Shown here in pieces: positions 1 through 31,769 of a DNA stretch of 64,000 nt. Source of the DNA: Podarcis liolepis (Eukaryota); assembly GCA_965112155.1 (NCBI GenBank), contig OZ218102.1; one strand, written 5' to 3'. The stretch's first letter is position 1. Every line of letters starts with the position of its first letter. The notes under the pieces were generated by a model, which ran no database searches, had not been told where the DNA came from, and saw nothing but the letters and a program-made list of their open reading frames with translations. A program made the translations under genes and the position numbers.

Positions 1-649
1 CCTCCTTCCTCTACCAGTATCTTATTTTTGTTTAGGTATTTATATCCCACTTTCCCAGGCAAAATAATCTACAAAGCGGTGTTTTCCTCTTGCCCCACGT
101 TTTATTTGAAAAAACATGCCAGCATGTAACTCATTAGCTATATTAATTGTAGGATGTGTGGAATCAAGGTTTTCAGCTACGTCCTAGCCACAACTGGACA
201 CTTACAGACAGTATATCTGAATAGAATATGATGCAGTGGCAATTCCAACAGAGCAACATCATAGACTGTTATGTTAGCCTTGTATTATGAGCCAATGCAC
301 ACATATAATCCTGGGAAAGAAATGCGAGTGCTTTCTCCAAATGATACGAACACAAATTGTTGCAGGAACAGGAGATCAACATGACGTTGAAACTGTCTCT
401 AAGTGACCTGTTCTGAAGAATGAATGAGCTTATAGGTAAACCTACCCTATTTAGAGAGAAGATATTGGATTTAAACTTCTGATAAATCCAGAAGGATTCT
501 TAAAAGATGTAGCTCAAGAAAATAAATCATAGTCTTCACATATTGGCAAGATGACTATATTTTCCTTTCCTGATCTAAGTAATTAAAAGTAATTGGCAAG
601 GAAGGGTCTAACAGGCTCACGATACTGCATAGGACATTACATTGTATAC

Positions 650-19145
<18,496 letters not shown>

Positions 19146-19408
19146 CTGGAACAATAAGAAGCCAGGAGAGATTTAATGGCATTTAAGAACAAGCCATCAA
19201 ATTGACCTTACAAGCATGGACAATTACAGAGAAGACATGGATTTAGAATCCTGTGACATGACAAAGAGCAATCAAGGGTGGGGAAGAGTTGTACAATATG
19301 CACATTTTCATGCCTTTTAAAAGGATTATTAGCTTCTGAGTTTTTATTTTTATTTATTTAATGTGATTTCTTTAGGACATCAATCACTTAAAAGTCAATA
19401 TCCATATA

Positions 19409-19901
19409 CCGCATTTTTCGCCCTATAGGACGCACTTTCCCCCCTCCAAAAATGAAGGGGAAATGTGTGTGCGTCATATGGGGCGAATGCAGGCTTTCGC
19501 TGAAGCCTGGAGAGTGAGAGGGGTCGGTGCGCACTGACCCCTCTCCCTCTCCAGGCTTCAGGAGAGCCACAGCGCCAGCCCCACAAGGTCGGGGGACAGC
19601 GGGGAGGCGGAACGTCGCCATCCCGCTGTCTCCCGATGTGATTTGGAGGCTGACGGCGGGGAGACGCGTGCTTCTCCCCGCCGCCAGCCGCGCAAGCTCT
19701 GGGGACAGCTGGGAGGCGCAGTGCGTCTTCCCGCTGTCCCCGGACCTGGTCTGCAGGCGGGCGGCGGGGAGAAGAGCGCTTCTCCCCGCTGCCGGCCCCA
19801 CAAGCACCTGGGGGGGAAAATATTTTTTTCCCTTTTATTTCCCCCCCAAAAAACTTGGTGCGTCCTATGGGCTGGTGCGTCCTATGGGGCGAAAAATACG
19901 G
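19409..19901. mobile_element. GC/CpG-rich Tc1/mariner-superfamily (Tc2-like) MITE, 493 bp
   Basis: About 27-bp TIR CCG(C/T)ATTTTTCGCCC(T/C)ATAGGACGCAC; TA duplication at 19407-19408 and 19902-19903. Confidence 0.92.
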
Positions 19902-20575
19902 TAATCACGTAAGATTAATCAAGATTTAAGATTCAGATGAACTTTTTTTTCAGCCTCTAGCCTTTTTTTATATGTTATACTTATTGTGATTGCTTTATTG
20001 TTGGTTTTAATTGTATCTTGGGATTTCTGTAAATCTTATATTCATTTTAATCAAACCACTTGGAGGGCATGCCAGATGAAAAATGCTCAAAAAATTAAAC
20101 AACAATTTATGACAATCCATTCACTTTCTACTTGCTGTGTGGTTGGAATATAAAAGACTTAAGGCATACCAAATGTTGATTATTTGGGTCATGAACTTTT
20201 TTGGCTGTTTGAAATAACTACTGCAAATTAGCAATCAATGAGAAGGGCCACCTCAGTCAATCTTGTCCTAATTATCTTTCACATCTGTTTGGTTCTCAAT
20301 CTAAAATCTGCATTTCAGTGACAATTAGCTTTCTCCCCTCTGGTGACCACAACTGGCACAAAATTCCCCACAAAATTCCCATAAGTTCTTTATGTATTGC
20401 AAATAAATCTGTAAGGAAGATCTTTGTGCTAGGTAAGCTCAGCACAAACTGAGAAAAGATCCTTCTAATTCTTCAAGCACTCTGAATTTAACCACAGAAT
20501 TTAGGGGAAGACTAGGGGATTGCCTAGTGAGGAAGCAGTGAGGAAGAGTCAAACTACCTTTGCCTCTCTATAAAG

Positions 20576-20714
20576 CAGTGTTTCTCAAACTTGGGACCCT
20601 AGCTGTTGTTGGGACAACCAATTCCCATGATCCCTAAGCTAGCAGGACCAGAGGTCAGAAATAATGGGAGTTGTTGTCCAACAACAGCTAGAGACCCAAG
20701 TTTGAGAAACACTG
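20576..20714. mobile_element. Palindromic hAT MITE
   Basis: TIR CAGTGTTTCTCAAACTTGGG; TSD CTATAAAG/CTCTAAAG; core shared with 3354-3488. Confidence 0.9.
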
Positions 20715-20866
20715 CTCTAAAGCCTAGTGCTAAGTGAAAGACCGACTCCACCACATCTCAAAGTTCCCTGTGTTTTTGAAGAGTGGGAAGGAGGGGACCG
20801 GTCAGTTGCAATCACAATTAACAGTCGGCTAGTAAATCAAGACAACATTGGGGGACCATCAATGTA

Positions 20867-21037
20867 CTGTATTTTTCCGCCTATAAGACGCCCCTCCATG
20901 CATAAGATGCCCCCTACTTTTTGGGACTCCGATTTAAGAAAATGGGGGGAGATACTATCCGTGTATAAGATGAGCCCAGATTTTGAACACTATTTAAGAG
21001 TAAAAAAACACATAGTCTTATACACGGAAAAGTACGG
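20867..21037. mobile_element. Tc2-like MITE (same subfamily as 2816-2971, opposite orientation)
   Basis: CTGTATTTTTCCGCCTATAAGAC...GTCTTATACACGGAAAAGTACGG, TA flanks. Confidence 0.85.
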
Positions 21038-24000
21038 TAATATTTAATTTCTAATTGCCATGTTGCAAGGTAACCCTTGTATAAGAATCATCACTTCTGA
21101 GTCAGATGTTAGCTTGGGTTGGTAACACTTTAGTTGCTTCCAGTAGATCTCAACAGACCACCAGGTGGTGTCTAAGTCCTGAAGAGGTCTTAAACTTAAA
21201 ACAGTTCAGAGGGCCACATGATTAGTTTCCCTGGACTGTAAATAGATTTCTTAGAACACCTTCATAGTGCAGTTTCCTCCCCAGCTATGTATTTGTGACA
21301 CAGATATTAAATATGCCCACCATGATAAAACTAAAATATAGCTTGAATTTCAAATAACCTATTGAGAAAGTGAGACATATTATCAATACTGTTAAAGAAC
21401 ATTGCTCTGAACAAGAAAATTTGTTTCAAAATTCTTTTAAGTCTTGTTCACGTACTTTTTATTTTCAGTTTGTGGCTGAATACCACACTGGATACAGTTT
21501 ATAATGGTCACCTTGCAGTTTGTACACAAACAAGATCAAAGTGATTTTCTATACAAGAACCTGCCTGTAAAGTATCGTTGCACTCTATGCGCTGCATAGA
21601 GGAATTGAAAAAGCAACCACTTTCCAGTGGCCCAATACCATTTCTAACGTAGCCGGATAATACGCAGAGCTATCCCCCCTTCCATTGCTGAAAACGGGAA
21701 AACTCTTTTTGTATGTGTGGGACTGTCTTGCTGGATTGCAGCCAATCTACGGTGGCATAAACTCCCTTGTAAACAAGAGGGTGGACACAAAGGCTTGAAT
21801 ACTAATACTTAACTGCTTTTTCTCTGTTACATAAATAGGCAGTTTTTACATGGTGGTCTTGTCTTCAGGGTTAATACTTTGCCCTCCTGCAGCTGGCTGA
21901 CCTACAAACATCAATAAATGAATAAACAAATAACTTCAGGGACTCCCCAACCTGGTAGGAAGTAGAAAACAACCTGGACAGATTTGGATCCATAACCCTT
22001 ACAACCTGCCTGCTTCTGGTTATCTGACTCCCAATACGGACAAGTTTCTTTAGAGCACCAAATTCTACAGCATATTAGTGGAATGGGAGAAATTAAATAT
22101 CCCTTAAAGTCCAAATCATCCAGAGAAACCAGCCTGTGTTTCTGCATGGAGGGGGATGGGTTTACCTCTTCCTACCCTACCCCAAGCTCTGAACTAAAGT
22201 GAAACAATTTTTAAAATGCTTGCTCTTTTCAACACCGTGGCCAAGCAAGTTTTCATCTTTAACAGCATAGCAGCAAAGAACAATTTGGAATGATGTTCTC
22301 CTTTTGGCAGTCTATATTCCTTTTCTCTCTCTACCCGCCCTCCCCAGCCATTTGTGCTTCTTGCCTCAGAATGCAACTGGTTGTGATGAAAGTCACTGGT
22401 TACTAAAAGCTCCAGTGAAGTTCAGGGACCGGACAAATTGCACAGCATTGAAAAGGGGAGGAGGAATTGGAGGCAGTTAATACAATACGCATACTATTTG
22501 CAAAAGCATGCTTGGATGCCAAATCATAGCAGGAAGAGATGTTCCACTAATTCTACATTCATATTTTGGATTTGTTACAAATTGATGCTGATTGAGAAAC
22601 TAGGACTACTAGAAACTATAATTTTGAATTTTAAAAGCATGCTTTTCATAACTGAAGAATTACTTTCCTTAACCTTTTAGAATACAGTATTTTAAAACTT
22701 ACATTCTCAATAGTCAATCAAGACTATTGGAATGTTGCCATTTCTTAAACCCCAGACTCACAGTTCACAGACCTATTAGTTGTAACTTCATTGCAGAAGA
22801 ACAACAAAGGTGCTTGGGGCAGCAGGGGACATAAAATTGTGCAAAAAAAGAGAGTATCTAACAAAATCAGAGCTTATGCAATATTAATTCTTTTACAGCA
22901 GCACATAAACTGAACATTGTCAGTGACAGGTCCTCCCCACCCCCCCCCTTACATTTTTTCCTTCACCAACTTCGCTCCAGGGTAAAAAATTCCCTTTAAG
23001 CTTTGGTGCCTGCTGAGCAAACAAAAGCAGGCAAACATTTCCAACAATCAGGACTGCAGCACATACTGTTACAAAACAGCCATTAATCAGGTGACAAGCT
23101 TTCAGGAACTCTGTTCCAGCATCAACCATCAAAGTACTTTGCTCTCTTCCCAACTACTTCATGAAACTGTTCACAGAGACAGGTTAAGCAAAGAAGAGAT
23201 GTGTCAGCAGGCATGTTTTGTTCTCTGGTAACCTCCTGTTTCCCTCATCTCCAGCTGGCACCCAAATAATAGAGATTCTTGATTTCCTGCATAGTGGAAC
23301 TTGAGTTTTACTATTTATATTTGGCTTCAGCCAACTAATCCCAACAAGAATCAATCGCCTTCCTAGCTCTACTACTACAAAGGTGTTCCATGTTAGCTGC
23401 TCTGCAAACACATACAGAACTACTTCATAAATCCTGAAAGCACTTGTTGCCTGATAAAAATAAAGTGGCTATTCAATTCCCTTCAAGTACACTCTACATA
23501 GTAGATGGAGGTTTATAAATAAGTCCTTTAAGATGCTATAGAAATGCTGCTGTCCTAAGCACGGTTACTAGGAAGCAGCTTCTTCACTGGAACTTACTAC
23601 TTATCAAACATGCATATGTAATAGCAAACAAAAATAGTTTATTCTTTTTTACACATGAAAAAGCATGATAGCACACACTGACTTCATACTTTTCACTTAA
23701 TTAGATTACCTGTGCTATAAAAGAGATTGGGTAGTGAGACCTTATTGATTCTCCTGGCCCTCTCAAACAGCCATTGCTACCATAGATCTGACTATCCTCC
23801 TGGACTGGCTAGATTAACCGAAGCATGATGATATTATGAGTCTGCTCCTTGTTGTATGGCTAGTCCCAAAGGGGAAGTTAATGTGCCAGCCTACAGCACT
23901 TATATTATGGGGTTCCAAAGGGTTTCATCTTGCGCACAATATTGTTTTATTATTTATTAATTAAAGTCATATCCTTGCCTCCCTCCCAAAGGAGTCATGG

Positions 24001-24113
24001 GCAGCAAAGACATCAGTATTTTTAACTGTAAATTTTTAAACTGCATTAAGCTGCATTTTAAATAGTTGTAACCTATCCTAGGACCTTAAGGTGAAGGGCA
24101 GGTAACAAACTGA

Positions 24114-24117
24114 AATA

Positions 24118-24160
<43 letters not shown>
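24114..24160. repeat. (AAT)n microsatellite, probably a retroposon tail
   Basis: Seen directly; preceded by L2-tail-like gtaacc...gtgaagggcaggta. Confidence 0.9.
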
Positions 24161-26305
24161 GGGAGTTCATAACAAAGGTATGTATGGTCATGGAACAAAG
24201 CTCCCCATTCTCTCCCCCAACTGAATTATTTCAGAGCTGACACTGTTATTGTGCTTGATCCTCTAGCTGGTGTTTTTGGTTATTTGTTCATTTACATTCT
24301 CCTAGAACAAAACAAACAGATTGAGCAAAAGTACAGGAATCCATTTATATATTATTTTACCATTTATTTAAAGAACTTGTAAACCAGTCACAATTCAAAA
24401 ATATTGTAGTGGTGTACAAAAAAAATAAATAAATACCATTACAATACAAAATTTGAACACTATGAATACATTAAAGCCATCTGTAAAAATAGATGGAATC
24501 ATATGGAACTGAAGTAAACACTACCTCTTTTTCTGCTGATCTGAACAAAAAATGGCTTTAAACATCAGACATAATTTCACCCCTTTTTAACACTCCCAAC
24601 AAGGCTAGCACAGACATCCTGGGCGAGAAAATCATGAGGACAGTGCTATAGATCAGCAAAGAGCTCAAATTTATTTTACAAACAACAACATGGCAATCAA
24701 TTCTGTGATGTGAGAGTAATATGAGGCATCTGAAGGTTCAAGAATGCTTATTTTGAAGGAAAAAAACTGGTTTGAAAAGCTTTTCACAGATGACAGCATT
24801 TTTCTGTGCTTGGTCTGAAAGATTTTGCTGCAGTCTTGGCAGTCTAGGTACTGCTGCACTGAAACTGGCAATTTCATTTTTGGTTTTCATGACCTAGCTC
24901 ATCTTCACTATACTTAATTCAGCTTGGACAAAAGCAAACATCAGCTGAAAAGAAAGAGGGGGGAAATGGACTGGGTCGCCCCCTCCTTAGCAAGTGGGTA
25001 AAACCCCATGGTGATTCTGAATGCTACCAACTTTGTGCATACCATATTTGATAACATTTAGAACTTAAAACTGGAATATTCACATTGTTGTAGTACTTGA
25101 CAGATATTTTAAAATATACCAATTTCTAATCTGACAGCATTGTGAAATTTCTCATCATTACAAAGCAACATAACTGGCCAGGGATATTCTTTATTTACTA
25201 TAAGCTGGCAGTTGTGTGTAATTTATTGTATTCACTGTGGATCAACTTGTAGTCATGGAACTATTTTCTTTACTTTTTATGAGCTGTAAACTGTTTCTAT
25301 GGTTCCACTGAGATAACCATGACACGTAAAAGAAACAATTGTACAATACATTTGGTTTTAATCATACGAAGTGTTCTTAAGTGCCAAGAGTTTGTAAGTT
25401 TGTAAATATTTCCTCTCTTGCAGCACCTCCTAGGCTCCCAACTTCTTTTGCACAACCAAGATTTGTTCTTTTGGTTCACTCCAAAGTTTCCTTATGCAGA
25501 AGGAGAAAAAGTTTCTATTTGTTGTTGAGATACAAAAATGATATACTACTGCAAATACTAGGTGAAGGAATTAGGAATTTCTCTTTTATTTTGCACATGT
25601 ACCTGTCTTTCTACTGTGAATACCTCTGAAGATCACGATTTCTCTGATTACTTTTAGCAGTATGGAATCACACACTGTATTCATATCATATCATAAGTCA
25701 TTCTTGATTTATGGCAGTTTTGCCCATCCTTAAAAATGTCAAGAGGAGAAACAGCTGCCTCTTTGCTCTGAGTGTAGGTTCAAAAGTTGGGAAGGCGAGC
25801 AACTCAAGTGACAGACGTGCAGCAACTGGTAGATTTTACAAATGTTTACATGAACAACTGATCTTGCACCACACTGCTGTAGTATGTGCCCAACCCTTTT
25901 CCTAGTGCAAGCCATCGCAGCTCCTCCTCTTTGTCCACATTCTATCAAGGCTAACCTTTAATTCTTACAAGTCAACAATGCTATTATCAAGAAGTCAAAA
26001 GGTTATCAAGTTGTCTGAAATTGTGCCAACTGGTGAGCACTTCCCATTATCAGTCTATTCCATCTTGAAGGTCAGACATATGCTCTAGTGAGAAAAATTG
26101 AACCGATAATCAGTAGCAGAGACAGAAGTTCACAAAGTTTTAGACAGGACCTTGAGAAGAGCTAGCCAAAAACATTAAAGCCCAGCATGAAGGAACTGCC
26201 TTATATTATTCTAAAATTAGCATTAGGCAAAACCTTTATTAGGTCAAGAAAGGTGTGACAAAATAGTGTGCAAGATTTCAAATTCTCCAGAACTCTGTAG
26301 AAGAT

Positions 26306-27160
26306 CACAAGACGACCCCTGCTGGGTCATATCAAAGGCACCCTGCTCTTAGAATGGCTAACCAGATATCTATGGGAAGACAGCAAGAAGGACCTGAATG
26401 CACCAGCAATCTTGTCACTTCTGATTCCCATACTGCTTCTGACAGTGAAGGGAGAACATGTCCATGGTGACTAGTAGCAACTGATAGACACATCCTCCAT
26501 GAATCTGTCTAATGCTTTTAAAAAACCCATCCATTTTGGAAGCCATCATGACATCTTGTGGGAGTGAATTCCTTAACTTCGCAACTGTGTGAAGTACTCT
26601 ATCCTGAATCTTCCAAAATGCAGTTTTGTTGGCTAGCCCAGCTTGTTGGCTCTTGCGTTACAGAAGAGGAAGAAAAACTGCTATTTATTTTCCCCACACC
26701 ATGAATAATTCTATAAACCTCTATCTAGCCTCCCACTGCTTACTCCCTTTTCTCCAAATTAAAAAGCTCCCAATGTTTTAACTTTTCCTCATATGGGAAT
26801 TGCTCCAACCCCTTAATCATTTTTGTTGCCCTTTTCTGAATTTTTTTCTAGCTCTGGAATATTCTTTTTGAGGTGAGTTTACCAGAACACTACACAATGT
26901 TGAAAGTGTGGTTGCATCATAGATGTGTATAGTGGTATTATGACACTGGCAGTTTTATTTTGACTCTTTCTGAATGATTCCAAACATAGAATCAACCTTT
27001 TTCACAGATGCTTCACAATGGGTTGGCAGTTTCATTAAACTATTTACTAATACTGCAGGGTCTCGTTCCTGGACAGTCACTGGCAGTTCAGAATTCATTA
27101 GCATATATGTGAAATCAGGATTTCTTGCTACAATATGCAAGCACTGTAACTTTCACATTA
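26306..27160 (-). mobile_element. CR1 LINE 3' fragment (degraded)
   Basis: Minus-strand peptide LPVTVQERDPAVLVNSLMKLPTHCEASVKKVDSMFGII resembles the CR1 ORF2 C-terminal region, followed by a squamate CR1-type 3'UTR. Confidence 0.85.
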
Positions 27161-29528
27161 ATAGGGTCATTATGTAAATTTTTGCTTGGGTGCCTCAAGT
27201 AATGATAATAAATAGGTAATATTGTCATTACAACGCACCAAACTGACAGTTTCCAAAGACCCAAAGTCCAAAATTCATGTGACAATAAAGTGATGGGTCA
27301 CCATACTAAGTAAATTTGAACTTGAGGCTCATCATAGCAAAAAGGTTAGGAACCTCTGCCTTAAGCCTCTGTGGCACCCAACTGCTGGCATTATGTCATT
27401 TCCCTTTCCATTGCTCAGCTGAGAGAGAGAAATGTGATCATTATCTTTGAGTCTTGGGCAGCTCTCAAACAGCTACTTTTTACCCTTCCCCAAAGAAAGC
27501 AACATCCATTCTCCTTTGTAGCTTTTAGTTATTTAACCCTTTTCTTCCACTCCTCCACTCTGCATCCACTCTTTTTTTTTACTTCCCCCTCCTCCAAAAC
27601 TATCAGTCAATACTGTGAATTTATCCTTTGATTCTAGGAAGCATAATGTATATTGCAGGCAGCGCCACCTATGCTGTTAAGTAGTAGCAAGAGAAGGTGT
27701 GCATGTGTGCTTGCCAAGCAGGTGTGCTGCAATATCTGCAAGTCTGACTTATATCAGAACATCAGCTTCAGGAAAAGTGCCAGCAAGAAGAGCTAAGTGC
27801 AGCTTCTATTTCCAGCTGCTCTTGCCTAGCAACTCCGCTACTTTGTGGGTTGGGTGATAAAACAAACTACACTTAAACCATAGTTAAAGAAAAGCCTGCC
27901 TAGGCATATAACACCAAGCCACACGTAAGATCAGGAAGCCAACAACAGACCTAGTTCCACAAACAAACCATAAGGCATAAGGTTTATTTAAACTCTGGTT
28001 TATTTGTTGCAAGGCAGTAACAACAAAATTTCTAAGAAAAATAAAATTTCTTTTGAGGACAATGAAGTAATGTAAAGCCTAGAATTGGCTTGTGCTCTTT
28101 GTAATTTGCTTGGAATGACCACAAAATTGAATAACTGTTGAAGGACTTTTTTACTGAAAGATGTTTACTGGTCTAATTTTGATGCTCAAACTTGAGAGCA
28201 ATTACACTGTATAAGTGATCTTCATTAGATTTAAACTGCATGATTTCAAAGCATACTGATTTTGTTTACAATTCAAAGTTGATTTCCAGATAAATGTAGG
28301 AGGATGACTACTAGCTTCACTGAAAATAAATGTCCATGAAATGATGGAAATAAGAGATTTAAATGTTAATGAGAGTAAATATGAGTTAAGTCACTAAACT
28401 GGTTAACATCTGTATTATACATGGAGCCAGGAAACTGCTCATATCTCACTTGGCAAACATAAATTGTCTGAGAGATCACTACATCTTAATTTATTCATCT
28501 AATATTTCATTGGATGCAATACATAAAAAGCCTGCCTCCTAGACTGAAGAAGGGGTGAAGACTATTTCATAGTGAATGCCTCTAGAATCCTTTAGAAGCC
28601 TTTTGTTTTGAGCCAGTTTCCAATTGTACAATCAGGTTTTTTGAAGAGAGAGAAGATAGACAAAACTCCTTTATATTTGTTGAAATGAAAAAAGGAAGCG
28701 CTTGTCCAGGACTCTTAGAGACAATTAGGATTAAACGTTACACAGAGATAATTTTCATGGGGTAGGGTTGTTATCACCTCATCAACTGATTAAAGTGATC
28801 AAGAAGAAATAGAGTGGGTCCAGAAACCATAGCAGCGTTACCATATTCTGCAGAACAGTCCAGACGATAACTGTTTACTTTTTTAACTGCAGTATGCAAC
28901 ATTTCAGCCTTGGATTAGGCTGCAACTGTGGTAAAGTTAGTTCAAAAGCTACACATCCCACCAATTTTGAAGACCCACCCAGAGGGTTCCTGGGTTCCTG
29001 GTGAAGGTGTGATTTTGGATGCCCTACTGCTGCTGCTCTCAACAAGGACCCATGCACGTGTGTACAAAACTGAGGGTTAAATGTGAAAATTACTGTATGC
29101 ACAGGCTATGAATTCTTGCCTGTAGCTCCTCCTTGCCCTGGGATCAGGTAAAATGATAGATCTGCTTCATTTTTTCTTACATGGGGAAAGGGAATAGAGA
29201 TGTCATTGCACTTTCCTGGAGTGTCTCCACTAAATTCCCTGTCAGGGTTTCTTTTTGCTTCTTTTGGTTGTGGCCTCCTGCTGACAGTGATGTCATTGTC
29301 ATGTGGCATGGGTGGCTCTCAAATGATGACTCTCATGGCATGGTAGGCCAATATTCTTTATGTTCAGCACACATACAGAGTGGTTCCTGTTGCAAGCACT
29401 CCTCCCTGAGCTGTATCACTCCCTAATCAGCTACAAGCTGTAGTCACTCTGTTGGAGTGGCATAACTAGTCTTAAAGGGACAGTATCAACCTATACTGTG
29501 GTCTCCAAGGCTAGAGCTTCTTCTATAG

Positions 29529-29778
29529 CAAGGGTCAGCAAACTTTTTCAGCAGGGGGCTGGTCCACTGTTCCTCAGACCTTGTGGGGGGCTGGGCTATA
29601 TTTGGGGAGGGGGAATGAATGAATTCCTATGCCCCACAAATAACCCAGAGATGCATTTTAAATAAAATGATATATTCTACTCATGTAAAAACACGCTGAT
29701 TCCCGGACTGTACGCAGGCCGGATTTAGAAGGCAATTGGGCCGGATTCGGCCTCCAGGCCTTAGTTTGCCTACCCATG
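29529..29778. mobile_element. hAT MITE
   Basis: CAAGGGTCAGCAAACT...AGTTTGCCTACCCATG, GGCCGGAT subterminal motifs, TSD TTCTATAG/TTCGACAG. Confidence 0.8.
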
Positions 29779-31249
29779 TTCGACAGTCTTCTTCCCTTGC
29801 TTTTTTTTTTAACTTTGAAAGTTACCATTGCCACCACATAATAGAGCTGTAGTAATCATGTGCCCAAGCCTAGCAGCTACCATATAACTTTTTGTTGTAT
29901 TTTAGCTGTTTCAGTTTTGCTGCAGAACATTTAACATCCTGGCAGCTTTGTATCAGTGGAAGCACGGAAAACTTGTAGTCCGGTAGATTTACAATTGCCT
30001 TCACAAAACAACTCTTCAGTATTTTTTTCATGGTTGCCGCTTTCCTTGGCATCCTGTTGCTTTCACAGTGGTCTGTTGATCTCCAGCTTTCTGCACTCTT
30101 TCTTTCCTAGGCTGTGCTTATCTTCTATTTGCTGCTTTGTGCACACCTCACCTCTTGTTCTCTCTCTCATCTTCACATCCATGACATTCCGTTCCAATTG
30201 CATGCCGCCTATCAAATCCTTTCCCCCAGTTCCCAGCCCTGCATTCCCATTTCCTCTCAAGCCTTCTGTGATATAATAATAACCACTCAATCACTGAAAA
30301 GGGGGGATGAATTAAAAGGCTCAGGTACCGCGAGTGAACAAAAGATTTCTGTCTAGACTAATGAAACAGCTTTGAACTTTTTAAAGTATCTCCAGGTATG
30401 CATGGGTTTATCTTTTTTCGGAAAATCAATTTATTGCATTGCTGATAGTTGAAGAGAAACAAGATTTTAAGCCTGTGATAATAGTTTGAAACGCATGCAA
30501 AATATTACAGAAGTTGCTGCACGTAAGATCCACAAAGTATCACTTAACTTGTCACTTTCAGGATCATCATAAACATATTGTTTACCATCTGAAGTTGCAT
30601 CTTGGCATGATAATAGTGGCATGGACTTAAGGCTCATGAAAGGAAGGTGTGGGAAGTTACTAAAATGATTATCCACTCAGCTGAAAAATATTCGTGTTTT
30701 TCTTGCATTACAGTTCATCCACCCAGGCATACCAATGATGAGCTTGGCTATGAGTTGAGGAGAAAAATCCTGTGTTATGCAGAATCAGAAGTACAAACTT
30801 TGCAACACTGAGAGAACAGAGAACTTTCGCCATTATGAAATCATGCCTTCTGCCTGTTCACATTAGTTTACAAAGTTGCTATGGAAACTGGTTGCAAACA
30901 TATGAGTTTTCTAGCTATGTTAGATTCTGAACAGAAATTCTTTTGTGAGAACCCATGAGGATCAACAGCCAGTGCCAGCCACGTAATGAAATTGTAATTA
31001 CTTCCATCGTGTCCAACACAGTGAAGGCCTGCCAGTCACTCATCTTCCTCAGCAACAAAAAAGATTTTAAAGAGAAAGATTTTAAACTTCAACACTTTTG
31101 TCACTAGCTAGTCATAGCAAGCAAATTAACGCAACAGATTGATCTGAACAGCCTTTGAATTAGGATCAATAACAGAAGGGTATTCAAAGGGTCACTTTGC
31201 ACAATACATGTTTTTCATCTATGCAAGCAGTCCTGAGCAAACTGGTGTG

Positions 31250-31250
<1 letters not shown>

Positions 31251-31297
<47 letters not shown>
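31251..31297. repeat. (AAT)n microsatellite
   Basis: Seen directly. Confidence 0.95.
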
Positions 31298-31528
31298 TTA
31301 TTATTTATACCCTGCCCATCTGGCATACAGACAAATATCCCAGTGACTCTAAGTTGCTGAAGGCATCAGCTTAAGTCACTGGAATCACTACCACTAATAT
31401 CCATGCCTACACAGTGCACATAGTCAAAATTCCTGCAGAATGAGACTTATGTGGTATAACCTAGAGCTTATTGACAATTATGCATACTACTCAGACATAT
31501 GTCTAGGTATAACTCACATATACATGTA

Positions 31529-31769
31529 CAGTGGTACCTCTAGTTACAAACTTAATTCATTCCGGAGGTCCGTTCTTCACCTGAAACTGTTCTTAACTAG
31601 AGGCGTGCTTTCGCTAATGGGGCTCCTTGCTGCCACTGGGCCGCCGGCACACGAATTCCATTCTCATCCTGGGGCAAAGTTCTCAACTCGAGGTAACTCT
31701 TCCAGGTTAGCAGAGTTTGTAACCTGAAGCGTTTGTAACCTGAGGCGTTTGTAACTTGAGATGCCACTG
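31529..31769. mobile_element. Tigger/pogo-like MITE
   Basis: TIR CAGTGGTACCTCTAGTTAC / GTAACTTGAGATGCCACTG, TA duplication. Confidence 0.88.

Noticed and set aside
1-649. ADD3 terminal exon (KKKKKFRTPSFLKK tail)
   Set aside because: Not found in this interval; it must lie beyond the left edge of the window.
19388-19912. Five overlapping GC-rich ORFs / apparent promoter CpG island
   Set aside because: The GC-rich sequence is bounded by TIRs and a TA duplication. The ORFs result from low stop-codon density in a MITE.
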